DNA of 64,000 bases from a virus, in the IMG/VR virus record IMGVR_UViG_3300029711_000003, positions 36,538 through 100,537 of that record; one strand, given 5' to 3'. Under the pieces are notes generated by a model. That model did no database searches, was not told where the DNA came from, and saw only the letters and a list, made by a program, of their open reading frames with translations. Position numbers and translations under genes: made by a program. Shown here one piece after another: positions 9,306 to 18,270 of the stretch (position 1 is the first letter of the stretch; every line of letters starts with the position of its first letter).

Positions 9306-9812
9306 ATGTTACAGTTCAAAGACATTAAGCAAAACTCAAATGTTTACATTCTTGATAAGAATACAGTTGAGATAACGACAGGAAAGATAAGCTCAGCTTC
9401 ATTTCCAAAGCTGGAATACAATCCGCAAACTGGTCAACAACAGATGATGATAACATTCGGTATCGAAGCCGATGGTAAATCACCCACTTATTCGATACCT
9501 GAATCAGCGTCAGTAGTTACGGCTGGCGATTTGATAATTGCTACAGAAAAGTCAGGTTTGTTGCATGATATTGAAATACTCAATAACACATCAGACCAAT
9601 TCTTGACTAATGTTGACAATCTCATCGAACACCACAAAATGGTTAAGGAGAAAGCAACGGCATTACTGTCTGACCTCAATCCAGTTTACAAAGAGAAACA
9701 GGAAACGGAAAAGAGGTTCAATAGCATTGAAGACAGATTCAATAAGTTTGAGAAGAAAGTGGACGGCATGAGCCAAATGCTTGAGAATTTCATTAAAAAG
9801 ATGGAGAGCTAA
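9306..9812 (+). CDS. hypothetical protein with coiled-coil C-terminus
   Basis: 168 aa. C-terminal heptad-like charged region (KEKQETEKRFNSIEDRFNKFEKKVDGMSQMLENFIKKM). Confidence 0.5.
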   Translation: MLQFKDIKQNSNVYILDKNTVEITTGKISSASFPKLEYNPQTGQQQMMITFGIEADGKSPTYSIPESASVVTAGDLIIATEKSGLLHDIEILNNTSDQFLTNVDNLIEHHKMVKEKATALLSDLNPVYKEKQETEKRFNSIEDRFNKFEKKVDGMSQMLENFIKKMES

Positions 9813-9815
9813 GTT

Positions 9816-10349
9816 ATGGGAAAGAAAAGATTTATCATATTCCAGTGCTCTCAACACACTGAAGATAAGGTAGGAAACGAGCCAGTTCACGTTCACGGAG
9901 AAGTAACCTCATCAGGCAAAACTCACGATATTGAATTTACACTACCATATGAACAATCGGCAAATGCCCTGATGTCCGCAAAGGGATATGTCGAATATGT
10001 TAAGAAACATGGATACCATTTTACTGAAAAACTTGCGGAACACGTCAGTAAGATGCTGTATAATAAGATACCGCAGCTCCAATACATACCCGAAAGTCAA
10101 ATATCGGATTTGATTGAAGCTAATAAAATCAATCTAAATAAAAAGGCAACATTAGGCGACATGATATATGCTACTAATGTTGCTTATTCTACTTTCTATC
10201 CAGACCTGTTAAAAGATATGAAGGCATGCCTTATTCATGCCCACAAGATGGTTAATTCAGTGAATGGATACGATGGTTCAGTATTTTGTCGCTGGACTGC
10301 TGACGCTATTGGTAAAGCGATAAAGATTGATTGGGAAAAATTTATATAA
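9816..10349 (+). CDS. hypothetical protein
   Basis: 177 aa. ATG 3 nt after the previous stop. No motif recognised. Confidence 0.5.
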   Translation: MGKKRFIIFQCSQHTEDKVGNEPVHVHGEVTSSGKTHDIEFTLPYEQSANALMSAKGYVEYVKKHGYHFTEKLAEHVSKMLYNKIPQLQYIPESQISDLIEANKINLNKKATLGDMIYATNVAYSTFYPDLLKDMKACLIHAHKMVNSVNGYDGSVFCRWTADAIGKAIKIDWEKFI

Positions 10350-10361
10350 AAGAGGTGAGTT

Positions 10362-11048
10362 ATGGCAGGATATGATGATACATATAATATGATAATAAGC
10401 ACGCTGATGGGGCGTCCAAACGGTACGGAGATTCAACCTGAAAACCATCAAGCGTTTGCTCTCAATATGCTGGAATATATACGGAGCTTGGAATTGCTTG
10501 CTAACGCACCTTTCATTGGCGTGGCTACACCTACTACACAACCCGTACAGCCCGATGATTCCCGTGCTTGCTATATAGCAGGAGTTGCCCAAGACCGCAC
10601 AACTACCTTTCAGAACTTTCGTGATATGAACGGCAACCCCATTTCTATTACTAATGGGGAAATGGAAGCGTGTTTAGTTATATTTGTTTGGAATGCTCAA
10701 TATTGGAGTGCTGAAACAGTACCTACGAACATTATAAGTTCCGCTGACCAAGCGTACTTCTTCTACAACTTGACTATCCGAAAGACTTATGACAGCGTGT
10801 CGGATATGAATGCTGACGTATCAGCTCCAGTAGGTAATGACGGAAAATACATTAAGGTAGGAGAGATTGTTTCAGTTCATAATGAAGATGACCCGACTGA
10901 GGACGCTATATACAGTTGGGAAGAAGGTCCAAGATGGCAATTACAAATGAAATTATCTGCACTTGATAGCCGAGTATTTGACGGAGGTCGTGCGGATAGT
11001 AAGTATGGAGGAGCAAGAAACATCGATTGCGGCACAGCTCAGGTATAA
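10362..11048 (+). CDS. fibre-module protein with C-terminal DGG motif
   Basis: 228 aa. SD-like GAGGTGA upstream. The C-terminal VFDGGRADSKYGGARNIDCGTA resembles the DGG.A tail also found at the end of ORF 60540-60854. Confidence 0.4.
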   Translation: MAGYDDTYNMIISTLMGRPNGTEIQPENHQAFALNMLEYIRSLELLANAPFIGVATPTTQPVQPDDSRACYIAGVAQDRTTTFQNFRDMNGNPISITNGEMEACLVIFVWNAQYWSAETVPTNIISSADQAYFFYNLTIRKTYDSVSDMNADVSAPVGNDGKYIKVGEIVSVHNEDDPTEDAIYSWEEGPRWQLQMKLSALDSRVFDGGRADSKYGGARNIDCGTAQV

Positions 11049-11076
11049 GCTGAGACAGGGCTTATTCAAGGTTGGG

Positions 11077-11127
11077 AAGAAGGAAATGATGTCAAAATGT
11101 ATTGATGTTCATTTCCTTCTTTTTTTT
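11077..11127 (+). terminator. rho-independent terminator
   Basis: AAGAAGGAAATGA (11077-11089) pairs with TCATTTCCTTCTT (11109-11121), followed by a T-run. Confidence 0.7.
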
Positions 11128-11169
11128 ACTTATCAGTTATTATAAAACAAAACATTTAATATTAACATT

Positions 11170-13956
11170 ATGGCAGACAGAATTCAACAAAGGCGGGACA
11201 CCGCCGCAAGATGGAAGCAATACAATCCCATATTGCTTGAAGGTGAGGTAGGGTATGTGACCGATAACCCTAACCAGTATAAAATTGGCGATGGTGTTCA
11301 TACTTGGAATGAACTACCGCTACGTGGATTTGACGGAATACTTGTTCATGAGCTTGGAAACAGTCAGACAGCAGCAATGAGTCAACAAGGAGTTAGTTAT
11401 TCATTGCTTTTTCTTTTAAGAAGGGACGTATATTTTTCAGAATATTTTATTAATTCAAACCCTTCTTGGTTTTTAAACATAGGAGAAAAAATTGAAAAGT
11501 TTTCTCCATCATTATTTACAAAATTGTCTGATTATAAATCAAGCGAAGAACCACCTTTGGTTAATTATACAACATATGTAATAAAGAATGACACTACAGA
11601 CATTTTTTATGTGTATGTTAATTTTCGTTCTGATGCAAGATATTCTGACAACTTTAAATATTTAAAAGTTGCAATTTTTGATGAAAATGATAATAATACT
11701 GCAAATTCTTATGAAGATGGGAGTTTATTGCTTGGAGTTTATCCTAAAAATACTCTTGTTATATCTGGCAATACTTGGGTATCGGAGCCAAGAAGAATAT
11801 TATTACAAAACCTGATTTATGATTACTCTTATGATTCATATATTGAAAAAAATAAGAATAGCATTGGTAATTATGTAGAATCATATGAAAAAGTTAACCT
11901 ATTAAGTAATTATTTGATAACACAAAAAGAGGCAAACTGTTTTACAGAAGGTCATAGACTAAAGGTATTGGTAAAATGGGATGCTAATGTGGACATTGGA
12001 AATTATGCCTACATTACACAAGATATTGCTCCAAATTTTGATTTTAATTATAACTATCACTGGGAAATATATAATAAGGGGGATTATCCTATAACTATTA
12101 ACATAGGGTTAACAAAAGGTGTTCATGATTGGAGTGAAGGGTACATCTTTAAAAAAGAATCGGTGGTAATAAACCCAGGAGAGAAATTCTCATTTACAGC
12201 GAATAAATATGATATTGTTAAGAGTTATTATGACCTTAATGGTAGAGATAGAGGAAACATTTATGACCTTAATTTGCAATATACTTATATGCACACAGTA
12301 TTGTATGGAGATACTGGAGCAAATACTGATATTTTTTCTCATTCTGGCAATATAGAAGTATCAATGTATTATACAATAAACAATGATATATATGAGACAA
12401 ATACTGAAAATTCAAGAAATTCAGGTTGGTTAGTAGGTGGATTGCCTAAAAATGCAATATTTAGGGATGAAAATCCGAACAATAAAGATTCATTTACTAA
12501 GGATGCTATGTCTGTAATACAGATTGATTACAGAACAATAAAACTTATAACTAATATAACTTCAAGTGTTATGGGTTCTGTTTATAGGGGAATTTATTGG
12601 AGAATTTATTATAACAATCTTGAAGATTTGAAAGGAATATGGAGGCTTACAAGTAAGTATAACAAATATGACAATTGTCATATTCATTGGAATATATGTG
12701 ATTGGAGTCCTAATGAACATGACGTTATAGATATAGATAACCCAGAAGGAGCATATAAAGATTATGATTTATATTCTTTAATTACAAATTATAAGAGTGT
12801 GCATTCAGAAGATGGAAAGTGGACAGGAATACTTGAGAATCAGGGATTTTTATATATATCATTTCTGAATTATAATAAAGATGGATATTTTTCAGAATTT
12901 GAAGATATATTAACATTAGATTTCTTACCAAATGATTCAAAGGTTATTGCTTCAGAGTTCACTCCGCAAGCAGAAGAAAGAATTTTACAAATATCTCAAG
13001 ATGGAACTGCTAACAAAACATTGATTACAAATTGGGGTGATAGTCTAACAGCTGGAGCAGGTTCATCAAATCATGATAACCAATCAATAGTATTATCAGC
13101 AATTAGAGATAAAGGTTATCCTGATTTAAGTCTATCAGATACCCAAGATATTACATATAGTATAATGATGCAAGCACTTCTTGGTGATGACTATAATGTT
13201 ATGAATTGTGGCGTAGGAGGAGAAAATATCAATACTATTGCGGCAAGACAAGGAGCAACCTATTTGATTACTACAAATGACTTTACTCTTCCATCTGATA
13301 CAACTCCCATACAAATAGGAGATTACACAACAAGATTAATGACTCCATGGGGAAGACAGGCATCCCCTTTACTACAGGGGGATGGAAACTCTGTCAATCC
13401 ATGTTATGTAGAGGGAATAGAATGTACACTTAAATGGACTGGAACATCTTGGTCAGATAGTAATGGAACATATACTATTCAAAGGGTTGCTACTGGCGAT
13501 AGAGAAATAAAATTTTCAAATAAAACGCCAATTATATTATACGGTTCTCAATTAAGTTCAAATGCAAAAATAGCAGTATTATGGTGCTGGCAGAATGGAG
13601 GGTATAATGATGATAATGACTTGATTGAAAAGTTAGATAAAATGATTTCTACTTTACAAACAAATAAATATCTCATAATAGGACTTCATTCAGGAGATAC
13701 CTCAACAAGAGAAACGCAAGAAAATGCTTTATCTTCTAAATATGGCGGAAAGTTCTTTAATTGGAGGCAATATATTTCAACAAATGGAATGTATGATTTT
13801 GGCTTAACTCCTACTGAAGAAGATTTAACTGCAATGTCTAAAGGTGAATGTCCTAAATCTTTACTGAAAGATAATGTTCATCTTAAAGCAGCTGGATATG
13901 CAATACTTGGATTCAAGATAATTGAGAGGTTCAAGGCTTTGGGATATGTTTCTTGA
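11170..13956 (+). CDS. tail fibre/spike with C-terminal SGNH (GDSL) esterase domain
   Basis: 928 aa. The N-terminus IQQRRDTAARWKQYNPILLEGEVGYVTDNPNQYKIGDGVHTWNELP is the conserved fibre-anchor motif of HylP/Mtd-type phage fibres. The C-terminal ~300 aa carry SGNH blocks: NWGDSLTAGAGS (block I), GVGGENI, and DNVHLKAAGY (block V). Confidence 0.7.
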   Translation: MADRIQQRRDTAARWKQYNPILLEGEVGYVTDNPNQYKIGDGVHTWNELPLRGFDGILVHELGNSQTAAMSQQGVSYSLLFLLRRDVYFSEYFINSNPSWFLNIGEKIEKFSPSLFTKLSDYKSSEEPPLVNYTTYVIKNDTTDIFYVYVNFRSDARYSDNFKYLKVAIFDENDNNTANSYEDGSLLLGVYPKNTLVISGNTWVSEPRRILLQNLIYDYSYDSYIEKNKNSIGNYVESYEKVNLLSNYLITQKEANCFTEGHRLKVLVKWDANVDIGNYAYITQDIAPNFDFNYNYHWEIYNKGDYPITINIGLTKGVHDWSEGYIFKKESVVINPGEKFSFTANKYDIVKSYYDLNGRDRGNIYDLNLQYTYMHTVLYGDTGANTDIFSHSGNIEVSMYYTINNDIYETNTENSRNSGWLVGGLPKNAIFRDENPNNKDSFTKDAMSVIQIDYRTIKLITNITSSVMGSVYRGIYWRIYYNNLEDLKGIWRLTSKYNKYDNCHIHWNICDWSPNEHDVIDIDNPEGAYKDYDLYSLITNYKSVHSEDGKWTGILENQGFLYISFLNYNKDGYFSEFEDILTLDFLPNDSKVIASEFTPQAEERILQISQDGTANKTLITNWGDSLTAGAGSSNHDNQSIVLSAIRDKGYPDLSLSDTQDITYSIMMQALLGDDYNVMNCGVGGENINTIAARQGATYLITTNDFTLPSDTTPIQIGDYTTRLMTPWGRQASPLLQGDGNSVNPCYVEGIECTLKWTGTSWSDSNGTYTIQRVATGDREIKFSNKTPIILYGSQLSSNAKIAVLWCWQNGGYNDDNDLIEKLDKMISTLQTNKYLIIGLHSGDTSTRETQENALSSKYGGKFFNWRQYISTNGMYDFGLTPTEEDLTAMSKGECPKSLLKDNVHLKAAGYAILGFKIIERFKALGYVS

Positions 13957-13982
13957 AACATCAGATAACTAATAAATACACA

Positions 13983-14009
13983 GGGGATGATTTTTTCATC
14001 CCCCTTTTT
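13983..14009 (+). terminator. rho-independent terminator
   Basis: GGGGATGA / TCATCCCC stem with a T5 loop, then CTTTTT. Confidence 0.8.
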
Positions 14010-14090
14010 ATAATAAAATCAAAGTTATAAGTAATGCGTGAACGTCTTTACCAGTAACGCACGAGAGGCAGCAATGTCCTGGATAATTGA

Positions 14091-14210
14091 GGGGTAAACT
14101 TCTGACAACTGCCGACTATCATACCCAAGTAATTAAAACAATATTGTCAAACATAGGGGATTTAGGGGTTAAACTTTCACTTTATATCCTAATCACCCCA
14201 AGTAATTAAA
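14091..14210 (+). repeat. two imperfect direct repeats (about 48 nt each, about 74-nt period) at the structural/replication boundary
   Basis: Copy 1 (14091-14138): GGGGTAAACTTCTGACAACTGCCGACTATCATACCCAAGTAATTAAAA. Copy 2 (14165-14210): GGGGTTAAACTTTCACTTTATATCCTAATCACCCCAAGTAATTAAA. The ends GGGGT(T)AAACTT and CCCAAGTAATTAAA are shared. Confidence 0.6.
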
Positions 14211-14218
14211 GAAAAAAA

Positions 14219-14362
14219 ATGGACAAACAAAAAACCGTTTGGGAAGCATTTATGGAATTTGTTAATTCCAAAGAAATTGGTACTATTATAACACGCCAAG
14301 AAATTATACAATATATAAACCGAGAAAACTGGCATGTGTCCATACGGAGGTACTACCAGTGA
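14219..14362 (+). CDS. small ORF (47 aa), possibly the N-terminal part of a frameshifted wHTH gene
   Basis: MDKQKTVWEAFMEFVNSKEIGTIITRQEIIQYINRENWHVSIRRYYQ*. Below the track size cutoff. Overlaps the next ORF by 29 nt in another frame. Confidence 0.3.
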   Translation: MDKQKTVWEAFMEFVNSKEIGTIITRQEIIQYINRENWHVSIRRYYQ

Positions 14363-14564
14363 TATTGAAGGATATTGGAATAATATCAATTTTTGTCATA
14401 AGCATTATTCTGTAAGCACTCTTGACTATATGCGCAACCTTGCTGAAAAGGTGTATTATTTAGACAAAACACGTTGCTCTGGTATGTATGTTGTTAACAA
14501 ACACTTTCCTTCAGGCTACACCGTTTCTCAGTTAAGAAAAGATTATGATAGTAGAACATGGTAG
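14334..14564 (+). CDS. small winged-helix-like protein
   Basis: 76 aa. STLDYMRNLAEKVYYLDKTRCSGMYVVNKHFP has the recognition-helix plus wing pattern (...YL......G.Y.V...P). Confidence 0.45.
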   Translation: MCPYGGTTSDIEGYWNNINFCHKHYSVSTLDYMRNLAEKVYYLDKTRCSGMYVVNKHFPSGYTVSQLRKDYDSRTW

Positions 14565-16063
14565 ATATAAACATTACAAGGATAAACAATTTTGAATACA
14601 GTTTCAAACTGTCCAGTCGTGATGGCATACGTCATGTAGCAAAGGCTTTGACCTTTCGCAATCCTGACCCTTTTGCTTATTCTCATAAAATAGAAAAATT
14701 TGACAAGCGCAGGTTGACATTCCGTATAGGTATGTTGCCTACGCTTCAAGCGTATATTAAGGAACATGGTTTGTCGTTTCAAATATCTGATTATGATTAC
14801 CACTTACCCGATGGAGTGGAAATAGACAGCCGTATGTCTGGGCGGTATGTTCATCAGCGTCATGCGGTTGAGGCTTTCTTTCGCCGTCGCTTTGGAATCA
14901 TAGTTGTCCCGACACGTGGAGGAAAGACGTTTATTGCCTCAGAGATATTGCGTATATTTCTTGATACAGATGAAGGCAATTTTCTTTTCCTTACTGATAA
15001 CACAACGTTGTTCACTCAGGCAGTGAATGATATACGGACGTATTTTGAACCGTATGGCGGTATAGAAGTTGGAGAAATACGGGCAGGTCGTATTGATATC
15101 AGCCATAGAGCTACTGTTGGTATGATACAGACTATACAGAGTACATTAAGCGGTCGTTGTCGGGATAAGAAGAAAAAGAAGGATTTGGAGAAATATATTC
15201 GTGAGTTGAAATTCCTATGCGTAGATGAGGTTCATGAAAATTGTTCGGACGCTAAACTGAAAACCTATAAAAAGGCAAGAAATTTGGAATATCAGCTTTG
15301 TTTGTCCGCAACTCCATATCGTGCCGGCGCGTTGGTTCAAAATTTGAAACTCAAGGAATGGAGCGGTGACGTTGTTTATACAATAACAGAGAAAAGATTG
15401 AGGAAACGTCATGTACTTTCAGACTATCGGGTGTTCATGCTTTTAATAGACCACAATGAAATATCATATGATGTAGCCGTAGAGGATTATGCGGGTTATC
15501 GGACGGCTTTGATTTTCAACTCCGAGATAAGAAACCGAGTGTTGATGATGATGATGAAGGTACTTCGGGAGCTCAATTTGAAAACGCTTGTGTTATTCCA
15601 AAGTATAGAGCATGTTAGCAAGATGGCAGAACTTTCGGGCGAAAGATTTATCAGCGGACAGACTAAAAGCGCAGAGCGTGAGCGAGCAAAAGCTGAATTT
15701 CTTTCGGGTGAGGGAGGTTTTTTGCTTGCATCTGATATTTTCAAGAAAGGTGTGACGCTGCCGCAAGTTGAGGTATTGATAAACGTAGATGGCGGATTGG
15801 AGGATGCTAACACTATTCAGAAAAAAGGACGTGTACTGGGAGCAACCGAAACTAAGAGCCGAAGCCTGATTATTGATTTCTTTGATTTGTATGATGCGTA
15901 TTTTTCAGCTCACTCTGAAACACGGTTAAACACTTATGTAGAAGCAATCGGAGAAAAACGTGTTGGCATTCTTGATACTTCTGTTGATGATTGGTTAGAA
16001 ACTTTTAGAAGATGGACAATAAAGTGGTTCGCCGCAGACAAAGGCTATTCCGTTACGCAGTAG
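14558..16063 (+). CDS. SF2 DNA helicase (DExH, UvsW/type III Res-like)
   Basis: 501 aa. Walker A VVPTRGGKTFIA, DEVHE box, LSATP, and helicase-C motifs (LLASDIFKKGVTLP, QKKGRVLG). Confidence 0.7.
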   Translation: MVDINITRINNFEYSFKLSSRDGIRHVAKALTFRNPDPFAYSHKIEKFDKRRLTFRIGMLPTLQAYIKEHGLSFQISDYDYHLPDGVEIDSRMSGRYVHQRHAVEAFFRRRFGIIVVPTRGGKTFIASEILRIFLDTDEGNFLFLTDNTTLFTQAVNDIRTYFEPYGGIEVGEIRAGRIDISHRATVGMIQTIQSTLSGRCRDKKKKKDLEKYIRELKFLCVDEVHENCSDAKLKTYKKARNLEYQLCLSATPYRAGALVQNLKLKEWSGDVVYTITEKRLRKRHVLSDYRVFMLLIDHNEISYDVAVEDYAGYRTALIFNSEIRNRVLMMMMKVLRELNLKTLVLFQSIEHVSKMAELSGERFISGQTKSAERERAKAEFLSGEGGFLLASDIFKKGVTLPQVEVLINVDGGLEDANTIQKKGRVLGATETKSRSLIIDFFDLYDAYFSAHSETRLNTYVEAIGEKRVGILDTSVDDWLETFRRWTIKWFAADKGYSVTQ

Positions 16064-16617
16064 ATTTGTTCATTGAATTATTGGAACAAGTAACTAAACG
16101 TAAACGGATAAAATACACGTGTAATGACGCTGATACGGTTTGTTGGAATAATTTCATGGATACATTCTCAGACCGTATCGGTGAGGATTTTATAAGGAAG
16201 TTTTGCGAGTATGGTATTCAGAGCTGGTTTAATGACGGTACAGAAAGAGATTATTCACGTTCAGTCCGTTTCAATTGGATTTTTGGTAAGTCAGCAATAG
16301 AGCGTTGGAAAAAGTATGATATTGAAACCAACGTGTATATAACACGTATTGGCATTAAAAAAGACCATAAAATCAACGTTATTCGTAAACATACGGAAAT
16401 TCCTAAAATAGTAGGTACATTAAGACATACGGAGGAAAAATTCAAGGCTGAATTTCATAATACACGCAAAGGCTTACTGTGGTGTATTGCTAATACTACT
16501 TTGTATTTTCATAAGAGTTCTTTATGTGCTACTTGTAATTATAAAAATGAATGTAAAAAATTACTCAAACAAGAGTATCCAAAAATATATTTGAAAAGGG
16601 GATATGGCGAAAGATAA
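16012..16617 (+). CDS. hypothetical protein with C-terminal Cys cluster
   Basis: 201 aa. The track start overlaps the helicase by 52 nt, so the true start may be internal (e.g. ATG 16156). Contains CATCNYKNEC near the C-terminus. Confidence 0.45.
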   Translation: MDNKVVRRRQRLFRYAVDLFIELLEQVTKRKRIKYTCNDADTVCWNNFMDTFSDRIGEDFIRKFCEYGIQSWFNDGTERDYSRSVRFNWIFGKSAIERWKKYDIETNVYITRIGIKKDHKINVIRKHTEIPKIVGTLRHTEEKFKAEFHNTRKGLLWCIANTTLYFHKSSLCATCNYKNECKKLLKQEYPKIYLKRGYGER

Positions 16618-17992
16618 TATGTTAGCAACAAATTTTGTTGTTGAGCTTATTGCTGCTGCGTTGGAACGTAGGACAGTTTTTGAAATTGTAAAACAATATC
16701 TTAAATTTTCCTATCTTCAAGAAGAAGCAGAAAAGAAACTCTGGCAGTGGGTCACCAAGCGTTATGACCTTACTGGTAAAGTTCCTACGATTGGTCAGAT
16801 ACAACAACAATTTGTAGATGATGAACGGGTGCTTGAAAAACTTGAAGAGATAGGCGATGTTGAGATTGATGAAAATGGCGGTTATGAATTGATAATAGAT
16901 AGCTTTGAGAAGTTCATCAAAAAGATGAAATTTCTTGAGGTTAATGATAAGATTGCTGACACTTACAATCGTGGTGATAAAGAGGGAGCTTGGGAGTTAT
17001 TTGTTAAGTCCGCTGAAGATTTCAGTAAGTTCTCCATTCAGGACGCTAAGTTTGAAACTGTATTTGGTGACTTTGCCGAACGTCAGGCGAAACGTAAGAG
17101 TGAAGATTGGAATTTTCGTTTTAAGATACCTACTGGAATTGATGAACTTGATTATAGGCTTGGAGGAGAAAGCGGTGGCCCTGAAACTGGTGAATGTGTT
17201 CTTTGGTTAGGCGATTCAGGAGCTGGTAAGAGTCAATGTTTGGTATCAGTAGGTATAGCTGCTGCAAGACAAGGATTCAGAGTTGCCCACTTTCAGTTAG
17301 AAGGCACGAAAGAGCAGTGTTTGAACCGTTATGACGCTGCTTGGACAGGTACGCTTTATCAAGATGTGAAGCTTGGTAACATAACCGCTAAGAAAATGGA
17401 AGTGACCAAGCGTATCATCAAGAAGCTCCGAAAGACCGATATTATTGTAAGTTCAGAGGAAACTTTCAACGCCAAGACGCTTGTTGATATTCGTAGGGAG
17501 TTGAAAGAAATGGAGAAGAAGTATGGCAAGATTGATGTCATAATTATAGACTATTTGGAGTTGTTAGAGCTGGGCGATGGGCACCGTTACACTCCAAGTG
17601 AAGAGCGTTTCCGTCAAGCTAAGTTAGCGAAAGGGATGAAGATGCTTGCTATGGAATTCAATGCCGTAGTTCATACTGCAACTCAAAGTAGTAATATCCC
17701 AGAGGAACAGAAGAATGACCCTGAGTTTGTCATAACAAGAGCGCAGTTGAATGAAGATAAAGGAAAGTGCAGACCTATGGACGTGTTTGTTACTATAAAT
17801 CAAACAAGGGATGAAAGGAAAGAAGAAATAATGAGGTTGTATATAGATAAAGCACGTGAATATAAAAGCGGAGATATTATATATATATGCAATAATTTTG
17901 CTTATGCACGTTTTTATGACCGCAAACGTACTATCGAATTAAATATGGATGACGGTTGGGGTGAGTTTTATGATAAGGATGAAGAAGAATGA
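16604..17992 (+). CDS. DnaB-like replicative helicase (T4 gp41-like)
   Basis: 462 aa. RecA-type C-domain with Walker A GDSGAGKSQ, Walker B VIIIDYLELL, and HTATQS. Confidence 0.75.
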   Translation: MAKDNMLATNFVVELIAAALERRTVFEIVKQYLKFSYLQEEAEKKLWQWVTKRYDLTGKVPTIGQIQQQFVDDERVLEKLEEIGDVEIDENGGYELIIDSFEKFIKKMKFLEVNDKIADTYNRGDKEGAWELFVKSAEDFSKFSIQDAKFETVFGDFAERQAKRKSEDWNFRFKIPTGIDELDYRLGGESGGPETGECVLWLGDSGAGKSQCLVSVGIAAARQGFRVAHFQLEGTKEQCLNRYDAAWTGTLYQDVKLGNITAKKMEVTKRIIKKLRKTDIIVSSEETFNAKTLVDIRRELKEMEKKYGKIDVIIIDYLELLELGDGHRYTPSEERFRQAKLAKGMKMLAMEFNAVVHTATQSSNIPEEQKNDPEFVITRAQLNEDKGKCRPMDVFVTINQTRDERKEEIMRLYIDKAREYKSGDIIYICNNFAYARFYDRKRTIELNMDDGWGEFYDKDEEE

Positions 17993-18270
17993 AGTTGATT
18001 GTTGCTAATAAGATAAAGGAAACCGAAAAAGCGGTTGACTATTGTATAACATTTTGGATAGATAGTTGTGACTATTATATCTACAAATGGTTACCAAAGA
18101 AATTAGTCATTCCAGTAGATGACCGACATATTAAGGTAGGAGATATTGGATTGAAAATGATAATTGATGAGATTGCCCGCAAACATACTTTTAACAGAGC
18201 AAGCTACACCGCAAGGTTTTATCCTGAGAATATAATATGGAATAAAGAAGATGAAGCTGATTTCAGATGA
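17989..18270 (+). CDS. hypothetical protein
   Basis: 93 aa. ATGA overlap with the helicase stop. Confidence 0.5.
   Translation: MKLIVANKIKETEKAVDYCITFWIDSCDYYIYKWLPKKLVIPVDDRHIKVGDIGLKMIIDEIARKHTFNRASYTARFYPENIIWNKEDEADFR

Noticed and set aside
10963-11145. 60-aa + strand ORF spanning the end of gene 10362-11048 and the following intergenic region
   Set aside because: It overlaps the previous gene in another frame and runs straight through the terminator hairpin (11077-11127).
11170-13956. Possible diversity-generating retroelement target, because the fibre N-terminus resembles Mtd-type fibres
   Set aside because: No reverse transcriptase, no template-repeat/variable-repeat pair and no accessory Avd-like gene is visible in the window. 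The shared motif is only the common fibre-anchor segment.
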